From Clostridia bacterium (GTDB taxonomy: Bacteria > Bacillota > Clostridia > Oscillospirales > CAG-272): a stretch of DNA of 64,000 nt. Shown here piece by piece: positions 56,408 through 64,000 of this stretch (positions are counted from its first letter, which is position 1; each line of letters begins with the position of its first letter). The translations under genes and the position numbers were made by a program. The stretch covers positions 26,707 to 90,706 of the forward strand of contig JAGALS010000016.1 in NCBI GenBank assembly GCA_017625065.1, read 5' to 3'. Under the pieces are notes generated by a model. The model saw only the letters and a list, made by a program, of their open reading frames with translations, searched no databases and was not told the origin of the DNA.

Positions 56408-57691
56408 TTAGTCAATTTTTGTCGCGCCCTCGTTGCGGATACGCAATACGATGCACGCACCCTCACCGAACACGCCGTCCATCAAGGTGCGGAAGCCCGC
56501 CACGTCCTCGGAGCGAACAAACGCTTGAATGGTGCCCGCAAAGCCACCACCGTGTACGCGGAAGGCGCCCTTCTTGTCTGCAAGATAGCGCTCTGCAAGG
56601 CAAAGCGCAAGGGAAAGTCCTTGCTCTGCCACGTTCTTGGTGGTATACACGTTTTGCAGGTAGCAGAAGGAGGAGCGACCCGAGTTGATCACGTTCTCAA
56701 AGAACTTGTCAAGGTCGCCTGCCTCAAGCGCCGCCTTTTGTGTTGCCACGCGGCGGTTCTCGGCAAAGAAGTGGAGCGCGCGCAAAATGGCGCGGTCGCC
56801 GAGGCTTTCACGCAAAGAGGGGATCGCGGCGATTACAGCATCCTCATCGGTCTCGCGCAGCACGGTCTTGCCCATTGCGGCGGCGATGCCCTTCATCTCG
56901 GCGGGAACTGCGGCGTAATCGGGGGTGAGGTCGGCGTGATTTCCGCCGGTATTCACGATGCAAAGGTTGTAGCCCGCGGCGGTGATGTCGAAGTCGATCT
57001 TGTTGATCACGGGAGCCTTGGGGGCTTTGAAGTCGATCGAAATGATGCCGCCCACAGCGCAAGCCATCTGGTCCATCAGACCGCAGGGCTTGCCGAAGAA
57101 CTCGTTCTCGGCATACTGCGCGATCTTGGCGATCTCGACGTTATCGACCCTGCCGCCGTTGTACAAATGATTTTCAATATTTCCGATCATATCCTCGAAT
57201 GCGGCAGAGGAGGAAAGCCCTGAGCCCTTGAGGACACTTGAGGTGGTGTAGGCATCAAAACCGCCGACCGTATAGCCGCTTTTTTGCATTCCGGCACACA
57301 TACCCGCGATGATCGAGTCCGAATGTGAGAAGCGCTCGGCACGGGGTGCGGTGTAATCGGCGATGTCCACAACGTCCTCGGGGAAGCCCTCGGACTTGAC
57401 GCGGATCACGGTACCTTCGGATTTGGCAACGACCGCAATGATGTCAAGGTCGATGGATGCGGCGACCACACAGCCGTAGTTGTGGTCGGTGTGGTTGCCC
57501 GACAGCTCGCTGCGTCCCGCGACCGAAAGCAGCAGCACGTCTCTGTCTGCACCATAAAGCTTTTCAAAGGCGCGGATGGCATCGATGTAGCGGTTTTTGA
57601 CACCCGTCAGGGCCTCTTTTCCGTAAAGGGCAGTAAGGCGCGCATCCAATTCGCCGCGCTCGATCTTGTTGATGGTTTGGTTTGTGTTCAT
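56408..57691 (-). CDS. galK: galactokinase (GHMP kinase)
   Basis: GR.EL.GNHTDHN, GSGLSSSAAFE, CGLMDQ, RVHGGGFAG. Confidence 0.88.
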   Translation of the reverse strand: MNTNQTINKIERGELDARLTALYGKEALTGVKNRYIDAIRAFEKLYGADRDVLLLSVAGRSELSGNHTDHNYGCVVAASIDLDIIAVVAKSEGTVIRVKSEGFPEDVVDIADYTAPRAERFSHSDSIIAGMCAGMQKSGYTVGGFDAYTTSSVLKGSGLSSSAAFEDMIGNIENHLYNGGRVDNVEIAKIAQYAENEFFGKPCGLMDQMACAVGGIISIDFKAPKAPVINKIDFDITAAGYNLCIVNTGGNHADLTPDYAAVPAEMKGIAAAMGKTVLRETDEDAVIAAIPSLRESLGDRAILRALHFFAENRRVATQKAALEAGDLDKFFENVINSGRSSFCYLQNVYTTKNVAEQGLSLALCLAERYLADKKGAFRVHGGGFAGTIQAFVRSEDVAGFRTLMDGVFGEGACIVLRIRNEGATKID

Positions 57692-57709
57692 AAGGCGTTT
57701 TCTCCTCGT

Positions 57710-58645
57710 TTATTGTTCGATGCCCATTTGTTCCATGAGCTTTTTGTTGAATTCTTCCGCTGTATTGTAGCCCATCTTCTTTTGACGGTTGTTCATTGCC
57801 ACGATCTCCAGGATGATGGCAAGGTTTCGTCCGGGCTTGACGGGAATGGTGATGCTGGGGATCTCAATGCCCAGAATGTTCATAGTCTGGCTGTCCAATC
57901 CCAGTCGGTCGTACATTTTGCCCTGTACCCACGGCTCCAGATTGATGACCAGATCAATGCCTTCTGAATTTTTGACCGCACCCATACCGAACAGGCGGCG
58001 CACGTCAACGATGCCGATGCCGCGCAGCTCCACGTAGTGACGGATGATCTCGGGTGCCTCGCCCACCAGCCTTTTGGCGGAAACGCGCTTGATCTCCACT
58101 GCATCGTCCGCGATCAGTCGATGTCCGCGCTTGACAAGCTCGATGGCGGTCTCACTTTTACCGACGCCCGAGTCGCCAAGGATCAGAAGCCCCTCGCCGT
58201 AAACCTCGATCAGAACGCCGTGCCGCGTGATGCGGGGGGCGAGCTGAACGTTGAGAAAGGCGATCAAGGCTGCCATAAAGGGGCTGGTCTTTTCGCGCGC
58301 GATCAAAAGCGGCACGCCGTTTTCCTTTGCCATTTCCTCCATGCGGGGGAAGGGGGGAAGACTTGTGGTCAAGACCACGGCCACGGGCTTGTGCCGAAAG
58401 AAATCGTCTATTTTTGCGTTGCGCCTTGCCTCATCTCGCTCTTCCAGATAGCGGTACTCGGCGATGCCGATCAGCTGCACGCGCGATCGCTCAAATTTTT
58501 CAAAAAATCCCGCCAAAGCAAGACCGGGGCGGCTGACCTCTGTATTGGAGATCAAAAGCTTTTCAGCTTCGTCCGGCAGATAAACGGGGGTCAGCCCGAA
58601 TTCCTCAATGAGAGAGGAGAGGGGAATGGTATAGGTTTCCTTCAT
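57710..58645 (-). CDS. hprK: HPr kinase/phosphorylase
   Basis: RPGLALAG, HGVL, GDSGVGKSETA, LIADD, ELRGIGI, PGRNLA. Confidence 0.96.
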   Translation of the reverse strand: MKETYTIPLSSLIEEFGLTPVYLPDEAEKLLISNTEVSRPGLALAGFFEKFERSRVQLIGIAEYRYLEERDEARRNAKIDDFFRHKPVAVVLTTSLPPFPRMEEMAKENGVPLLIAREKTSPFMAALIAFLNVQLAPRITRHGVLIEVYGEGLLILGDSGVGKSETAIELVKRGHRLIADDAVEIKRVSAKRLVGEAPEIIRHYVELRGIGIVDVRRLFGMGAVKNSEGIDLVINLEPWVQGKMYDRLGLDSQTMNILGIEIPSITIPVKPGRNLAIILEIVAMNNRQKKMGYNTAEEFNKKLMEQMGIEQ

Positions 58646-58822
58646 ACAGATCTCCTTGCTCTTTAATTTTATTTATTATAGCATATTATTTTTGCTTTGG
58701 AAAGGGGTTTTCGCTATTTTTCACAAAAAAGCTCCGACTTGTAGTGTGCAATTCACAAAATGTTCACAACTATACTTTATAATAAATAGCGATATACAAA
58801 TCTCAACATAACGGGAGGCTTT

Positions 58823-60001
58823 GTGACCGTGAAAACCAAAAAAATCTTGCGCTTTTGCGCGATGCTGCTTGCGCTTGTGATGGCGGTGTCGCTTTGCGGA
58901 TGCTCCTCGTCGGGTGCAATGCGTCCGACCGCGATCGCGAACAAGGTCGTCGCAAGGGCAGACGATATAGACATTACGTACGACAGCCTTTATTACGTGA
59001 CGATGACACGCATCAAGGAGCTGAAGATCGTGTATGGCGAGGATGCGCTCGCAGATCCCCAAAGATGTGCCGAGCTTGAGACCTTCGTGAAGGCAAATCT
59101 GCTCACACGTGCCGAGGCGCTGATCTCCATCGGTCACGAGTACGGCTTGGACATCGAAAAAGGAGATATTGCGGCTAACGTGCAAGCTGAGATCGATGCT
59201 ATGCTACAGGGGAGCTTCGAGGGCGATGAGGATGCATATGCCGAGGGGCTGAACGCGATGTTTATGACCGACCGCTATTTGCGCGCTTATCTTGCGACAG
59301 AGAACTATTTGAGCAAGGCGATCATTAGCGAGATGCTGATGCGCGACGAGATCGACGACTCCGACGAAACGGCAAGAAATCTGATCAACAGTGACAGCTT
59401 TTTGCATACCGTTCACGTATTTATTGACCGCGGCAACGGTAAGACCGATGAGGAAAACCGCGCCAATGCCGCGGCGCTTCAGGCGAGAGTTGCCGCAAAG
59501 ACGACTAGCGAAGAGCGCTATGAACAAATGCGCAAGGAGCTTGGCGGCGTATATAACAACGACTATTTTGACCTGCTTGGAAACGGCTATTATTTCACAC
59601 GCGGCGAGACTGAGCGCGTGTACGAGGATGCGGCGTTCGCTTTGAACGATTACGAGGTCAGCCCTGTGATCGAAAGTGTTGAGGGCTATTATATTGTGAT
59701 GCGGTTGCCCAAGGACGAGAACTATATCGCCGATCATTTCCAGGAGCTGAAGGAAAAGACCTATTACGTGAAGCTCAACGAAATGGTCGATCAGCGCCTT
59801 TCGACGATGACCCTGGAAATGACCAATTACGGTGAAAGGCTGGACCTTTTGGAGCTGCCCCCCATCGATGCCGATGGCGGAGAGGGCGCGTTTGTCGCTG
59901 CGGTGGTGATCTCCTGCGTGATCTGCTGCAGTGCTCTTTTTGCGGTGGTATACATGATTTCCAAAAAGAAGGGAAAACTGAAGAAAAAGGCGAAAAAGTA
60001 A
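58823..60001 (+). CDS. PrsA/parvulin-like foldase lipoprotein with C-terminal TM helix
   Basis: lipobox LCGC, HVFI, GYYFT.GE...YE.AAF.L...EVS.VIES..GYYI. Confidence 0.72.
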   Translation: MTVKTKKILRFCAMLLALVMAVSLCGCSSSGAMRPTAIANKVVARADDIDITYDSLYYVTMTRIKELKIVYGEDALADPQRCAELETFVKANLLTRAEALISIGHEYGLDIEKGDIAANVQAEIDAMLQGSFEGDEDAYAEGLNAMFMTDRYLRAYLATENYLSKAIISEMLMRDEIDDSDETARNLINSDSFLHTVHVFIDRGNGKTDEENRANAAALQARVAAKTTSEERYEQMRKELGGVYNNDYFDLLGNGYYFTRGETERVYEDAAFALNDYEVSPVIESVEGYYIVMRLPKDENYIADHFQELKEKTYYVKLNEMVDQRLSTMTLEMTNYGERLDLLELPPIDADGGEGAFVAAVVISCVICCSALFAVVYMISKKKGKLKKKAKK

Positions 60002-60107
60002 TACTGTTATCACATAGGCAAGCGCGAACAAACCGAACCTGCTCTAAAGACTTGCTTTTCGGTGCTTTCGGATGATTCACTCTTGCCTATCTTGAAAGGA
60101 CAAGCCA

Positions 60108-60833
60108 ATGGATCCTTTGTTTGAATATTTGTTTTTGTTCTGCGTTTGCGCCACGGCAGGGTGGCTGATCGAGGTGGTGTATCGCGGCTTCCGCCATCAT
60201 AAGGTGGTCAATCCCGGGTTTCTGACGGGATGCTGCCTGCCCATTTACGGCATCGGCGGCACGATCCTATATTTTCTGTCGGGTCTCAAGCTCCGTGCAC
60301 TCCCGAATGAGTTCGTGCGCGTTGCTGTGATTTTGCTGCTCGCGGTCCTGGTGATGACCTTGATCGAGCTGGTCGGCGGATGGATCGCGGTGCAGTTTTT
60401 CCATATACGTCTGTGGGATTATTCGCACGAATGGATGAATTTCAAGGGGCTGATCTGTCCAAAGTTCTCGCTATTTTGGGGACTGATCTGCGCCGCGTTC
60501 TATTTTTTGCTGTATCTGCCCTTGCACATCTACGTCGAGGGCGTGATCGAATACCCCTTGTTGATCCTTGCGATCGGTATGTATCTGGGTGTTTTTGTTG
60601 TGGATCTGGTCCACTCTCTGCGCCTCTTGCAGCGCGTGAAATCCTACGCGATGCATATGCGAACGCTCATCAACCTCAATCAGCTCAAAAGCAACGCCCG
60701 CGAGCATTTTCAAAATGCAGCGGGCGGCAAGCGGCACGCGCCCTTTAACTTTTACCGTATGGTCGGCCGCTATATGACCGATATTCACGGCTACCGTGAG
60801 CAGATCCAGCAGAAATGGGGAGAGAAAAAGTGA
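60108..60833 (+). CDS. ABC_trans_CmpB (DUF1113)-like membrane protein
   Basis: GW..EV, N.GFL.G..LPIYG.G, LWDYS....NF.G.IC. Confidence 0.85.
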   Translation: MDPLFEYLFLFCVCATAGWLIEVVYRGFRHHKVVNPGFLTGCCLPIYGIGGTILYFLSGLKLRALPNEFVRVAVILLLAVLVMTLIELVGGWIAVQFFHIRLWDYSHEWMNFKGLICPKFSLFWGLICAAFYFLLYLPLHIYVEGVIEYPLLILAIGMYLGVFVVDLVHSLRLLQRVKSYAMHMRTLINLNQLKSNAREHFQNAAGGKRHAPFNFYRMVGRYMTDIHGYREQIQQKWGEKK

Positions 60834-61297
60834 AAAAGACAGTAGATAATAAGCTGTTTTCTGAGGTGGCGCGCGAGGTCGTCGGCAAGGCGCGCTACGA
60901 TGAAATGAAGCAGTACGTATCCCATTCCGATATCACGGTCTATCAGCATTGCATCAAGGTGGCGTACAAGGCGTATTGCTTTGCGGTACGCCACGATATC
61001 CCTTGCGATATGCGCGCGCTGATCCGCGGAGCGCTGCTGCACGATTACTATCTTTACGATTGGCACGATCCGAACAAGGGCTTTCGCTGGCACGGCTTCA
61101 AGCATCATCGCTTTGCACTGCGGAACGCCGAGCGCGATTTCGTCCTTTCCAAAAAAGAGCGCAATATCATCCACTCGCATATGTTTCCTCTGACCTTCTG
61201 GTGCCTGCCCCGCTGCCGCGAGGCGTGGCTCGTCACGCTCGCGGACAAGCTCGTCGCCACCGAGGAGACCTTGATCAAATACCGCAAAAAAACATAA
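60830..61297 (+). CDS. HD-domain phosphohydrolase
   Basis: H..KVA, LLHDYYLYDW, H...AL.NA, SHMFP, ADK. Confidence 0.85.
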   Translation: MKKTVDNKLFSEVAREVVGKARYDEMKQYVSHSDITVYQHCIKVAYKAYCFAVRHDIPCDMRALIRGALLHDYYLYDWHDPNKGFRWHGFKHHRFALRNAERDFVLSKKERNIIHSHMFPLTFWCLPRCREAWLVTLADKLVATEETLIKYRKKT

Positions 61298-61448
61298 ATC
61301 TCACCCCGTTAGGCGCCTAAATGACGTTTGACGGGGAATTCTTATTACATAAAAAGAGAATTTTTGAAAAAATAATAAAAAAGACTTGACAAGACACGCG
61401 CTTTGTGTTATACTCTGTAAAGGATTTTGCTTTACAGGCGGTGAGAGT

Positions 61449-61781
61449 ATGTTTGAAAAGAATCTTTTGCTGTCCTATTTGCTGGATCAGTACGGTGCTG
61501 TTCTGGGTGAACGGCATCGCACGTTGCTTGATTACTATTATAATCAAGATCTCTCGCTTGCCGAGATCGCGGCCGAGGTCGGCATTTCGCGCCAAGGCGT
61601 GCGAGACAGCATCAAAAAGGCAGAAGAGGAGCTCTTCTTTTTGGAGGAGAACCTGCATTTGCACGAGCGCACGTTGAAGATGGCAAAGGCAAGCGATCGG
61701 CTATTGCGGCTGCCGATGTCAAACGAGATGCGTGAGGCGGTTCAGGAGCTGATCGAGGCGGCAGAGCTTGCCACGAACTAA
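61449..61781 (+). CDS. ylxM: YlxM SRP-associated protein
   Basis: YY.QDLSL.EIA...ISRQGV.D; upstream of ffh. Confidence 0.9.
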   Translation: MFEKNLLLSYLLDQYGAVLGERHRTLLDYYYNQDLSLAEIAAEVGISRQGVRDSIKKAEEELFFLEENLHLHERTLKMAKASDRLLRLPMSNEMREAVQELIEAAELATN

Positions 61782-61801
61782 TCAAAGAAAGGCGGTATCG
61801 T

Positions 61802-63142
61802 ATGTTTGAAAATTTGAGCGAAAAACTGAGTAACGCCTTTAAATTTTTCCGTAACAAGGGCAAGCTGACCGAGGCGGATATCAAAGCAGGTATGCGCGAG
61901 ATCAAGCTGGCACTGCTGGAAGCGGACGTCAACTTCAAGGTCGTGCGCGACTTTGTCAAGATGGTCTCGGAGCGCGCCGTTGGTGCCGAGGTGCTGGAAT
62001 CCCTGCTCCCCGCGCAGCAGATCGTCAAGATCGTCAATGAGGAAATGATCCGCTTGATGGGGCAGACGCAGGCGAAGCTCACCATTGCACCCAAGCCCCC
62101 GACAGTCGTGATGATGGTCGGCTTGCAGGGCGCGGGTAAGACCACCCACGCGGGTAAGCTCGCGGGGATGTATAAAAAACAAGGAAAGAAGCCGTTGCTT
62201 GTGGCGTGTGACGTTTACCGTCCCGCGGCGATCAAGCAGCTGCAGATACTTGGCGAGAAGCTGGACATTCCGGTCTTCACCCTTGGTGAAAAGGAAAAGC
62301 CGGTTAAGATCGCCAAGGAGGGCTTGAAGCACGCCGAGAAGATGGGCTATGATATGGTCTTTATCGATACGGCAGGTCGACTTCACATCGACGAGGAGCT
62401 GATGGGCGAGCTTCAGGACATCAAAAAGGCGGTCGATCCCACCGAGATCCTGCTCACGGTCGATGCAATGATCGGTCAGGATGCGGTCACGGTCGCCGAG
62501 CATTTCAACGGTCAGCTTGACGTCACGGGCGTGATCCTGACCAAGCTTGACGGCGACACCCGTGGCGGTGCGGCGCTTTCGGTCCGTCACGTGACGGGCA
62601 AGCCCATCAAATTCGTGGGTGTGGGCGAGAAGATCGACGCGATCGAGCCCTTCTATCCCGACCGTATGGCAAGCCGTATCCTCGGTATGGGCGACGTGCT
62701 GTCTCTCATTGAGAAGGCAGAGCAGGCCTACGACGAAAAGCAGGCGGCGGCGCTGGAAAAGAAGATGCGCGAGGCCACCTTCACCCTTGATGACTATCTG
62801 GATCAGTTTGCACAGCTGAAAAAGATGGGTAATATTGAATCGTTGCTTGGTATGATGCCCGGCGTGAATGCAAGCGCCCTGAAGGATGCCAAGATCGACG
62901 AAAAGCAAATGGCGCGCACCGAGGCGATCATCAAATCGATGACCAAGAAGGAGCGCGAAAAGCCCGACATCATCGGTGCTTCCCGCAAGCAGCGCATCGC
63001 GCGCGGCAGCGGCACCACGGTCGAGGATGTCAACAAGCTCTTAAAGCAATTTGAGCAGGTCCGAAAGATGATGAAGCAGTTCGCAAACGGCGGACTGAAA
63101 CGAGGACTTTTCGGAAAAGGGAAAATGAAATTCCCGATGTAA
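61802..63142 (+). CDS. ffh: signal recognition particle protein
   Basis: ALLEADV, GLQGAGKTT, DTAGR, TKLDGD, M-domain SMT..ER. Confidence 0.97.
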   Translation: MFENLSEKLSNAFKFFRNKGKLTEADIKAGMREIKLALLEADVNFKVVRDFVKMVSERAVGAEVLESLLPAQQIVKIVNEEMIRLMGQTQAKLTIAPKPPTVVMMVGLQGAGKTTHAGKLAGMYKKQGKKPLLVACDVYRPAAIKQLQILGEKLDIPVFTLGEKEKPVKIAKEGLKHAEKMGYDMVFIDTAGRLHIDEELMGELQDIKKAVDPTEILLTVDAMIGQDAVTVAEHFNGQLDVTGVILTKLDGDTRGGAALSVRHVTGKPIKFVGVGEKIDAIEPFYPDRMASRILGMGDVLSLIEKAEQAYDEKQAAALEKKMREATFTLDDYLDQFAQLKKMGNIESLLGMMPGVNASALKDAKIDEKQMARTEAIIKSMTKKEREKPDIIGASRKQRIARGSGTTVEDVNKLLKQFEQVRKMMKQFANGGLKRGLFGKGKMKFPM

Positions 63143-63210
63143 TGTCTTGAAAAAAAGACAACGTAACACAGTTTTAAAAAAAATTATAAAAATAAAGGAG
63201 AATTTTAACC

Positions 63211-63447
63211 ATGGTTAAGATCAGACTCACCCGTACGGGCAAGACCCATTCCGCATGCTACCGCATCGTTGTTGCTGACCAGCGCTCTCCCCGCGACGGC
63301 CGCTTTATCGAGGAGATCGGCTTCTACAACCCCAACTCCAAGGAGCTGAAGGTGAACGAAGAGGCTGCTAAGAAGTGGCTTGCAAACGGCGCTCAGCCCA
63401 GCGACACCACCAAGGCTCTGCTCAAGAAGGCCGGCGTTATCGCCTAA
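63211..63447 (+). CDS. rpsP: 30S ribosomal protein S16
   Basis: MVKIRL, YRIVVAD.RSPRDG, W...GAQPS. Confidence 0.97.
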   Translation: MVKIRLTRTGKTHSACYRIVVADQRSPRDGRFIEEIGFYNPNSKELKVNEEAAKKWLANGAQPSDTTKALLKKAGVIA

Positions 63448-63462
63448 TTTTTGGGGGACGAT

Positions 63463-63702
63463 ATGGTCGATCTGAAAGAGATCCTCACAGATATCGCCCG
63501 CGCCATCGTGGACCATCCCGATGATGTGATGGTAACTGAAGAGGAAAACAATGGGGATGTCACCCTGACCCTCGGCGTACATGCAGACGACATGGGTATG
63601 GTCATCGGCCGTCACGGCAGGATCGCAAAGGCGATCCGCTCGGTGATGAAGGCTGCGGCAGGCACCTGTGGCAAAAAGGTCAACGTTGAGATCACGGACT
63701 GA
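63463..63702 (+). CDS. khpA: KH-domain protein KhpA
   Basis: VD.PD.V, DMG.VIGR.GR.A.AIR; after rpsP. Confidence 0.9.
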   Translation: MVDLKEILTDIARAIVDHPDDVMVTEEENNGDVTLTLGVHADDMGMVIGRHGRIAKAIRSVMKAAAGTCGKKVNVEITD

Positions 63703-63704
63703 CA

Positions 63705-63750
63705 CAAAAAACGAAGGCGCACCGCATCGCGGTGCGCCTTCGTTTTTAAA
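63705..63750. terminator. intrinsic terminator
   Basis: AAAAACGAAGGCGCACCG-CATCG-CGGTGCGCCTTCGTTTTT. Confidence 0.85.
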
Positions 63751-63837
63751 AAATGTTTTTGTCGCTTTTTGCTTGACTTTCCCATCTTGCGATGCTATAA
63801 TACTAGGGTATGTTTTATATGCTTGAAAGGAGAAGCT

Positions 63838-64000
63838 ATGACTTTGTCCATATCAAAGCGTGTTAAGGGCTTTACCTACCTTTTGACACTGGTCTATTTT
63901 GGCAGCTACGTGATGCGGATCAACTTTGCCGCGATGCTAGCGACCATTTATCCCGATATCGGTGTGACGAAAAGCGCGATTTCCGTGGTCATCACGGGTC
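63838..64000 (+). CDS. MFS transporter (3' truncated by window edge)
   Basis: SD AAGGAG; translates MTLSISKRVKGFTYLLTLVYFGSYVMRINF..., typical MFS TM1 Y..R.N. Confidence 0.7.
   Translation, partial: MTLSISKRVKGFTYLLTLVYFGSYVMRINFAAMLATIYPDIGVTKSAISVVITG

Overview
Core-genome chromosomal window of a spore-forming Firmicute (Clostridia-like; inferred from spoIIE, the large SRP RNA, T-box, hprK and ylm genes). It holds the arginine biosynthesis operon (argH-C-J-B-D-F), a T-box-led aromatic amino-acid ABC transporter, SRP RNA-dnaX-ybaB-recR, an FAD oxidoreductase with two duplicated carbohydrate esterases, spoIIE and Mini-III RNase. Further on are tRNA-modification genes, a preQ1-riboswitch queuine salvage operon, recA with a frameshifted recX, lysine-riboswitch dapAB, the ylm/ileS/lspA cluster, hprK/galK and ylxM-ffh-rpsP-khpA. 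I found no transposase, prophage, CRISPR array, tRNA or rRNA. The most unusual signal is the 600-bp spoIIE-mrnC intergenic region. It resolves into three head-to-tail minus-strand units, each with a near-consensus sigmaA promoter (17-bp spacer), a structured non-coding body and a U-tract, i.e. an apparent array of unannotated small RNA genes divergent from a dsRNA-specific nuclease. Also notable: an MBOAT/AlgJ-like pair in which both partners lack their catalytic motifs, two XRE-plus-cargo switches with visible operators, and two related long hairpin elements at gene ends. All protein calls rest on motif recognition, not database searches.
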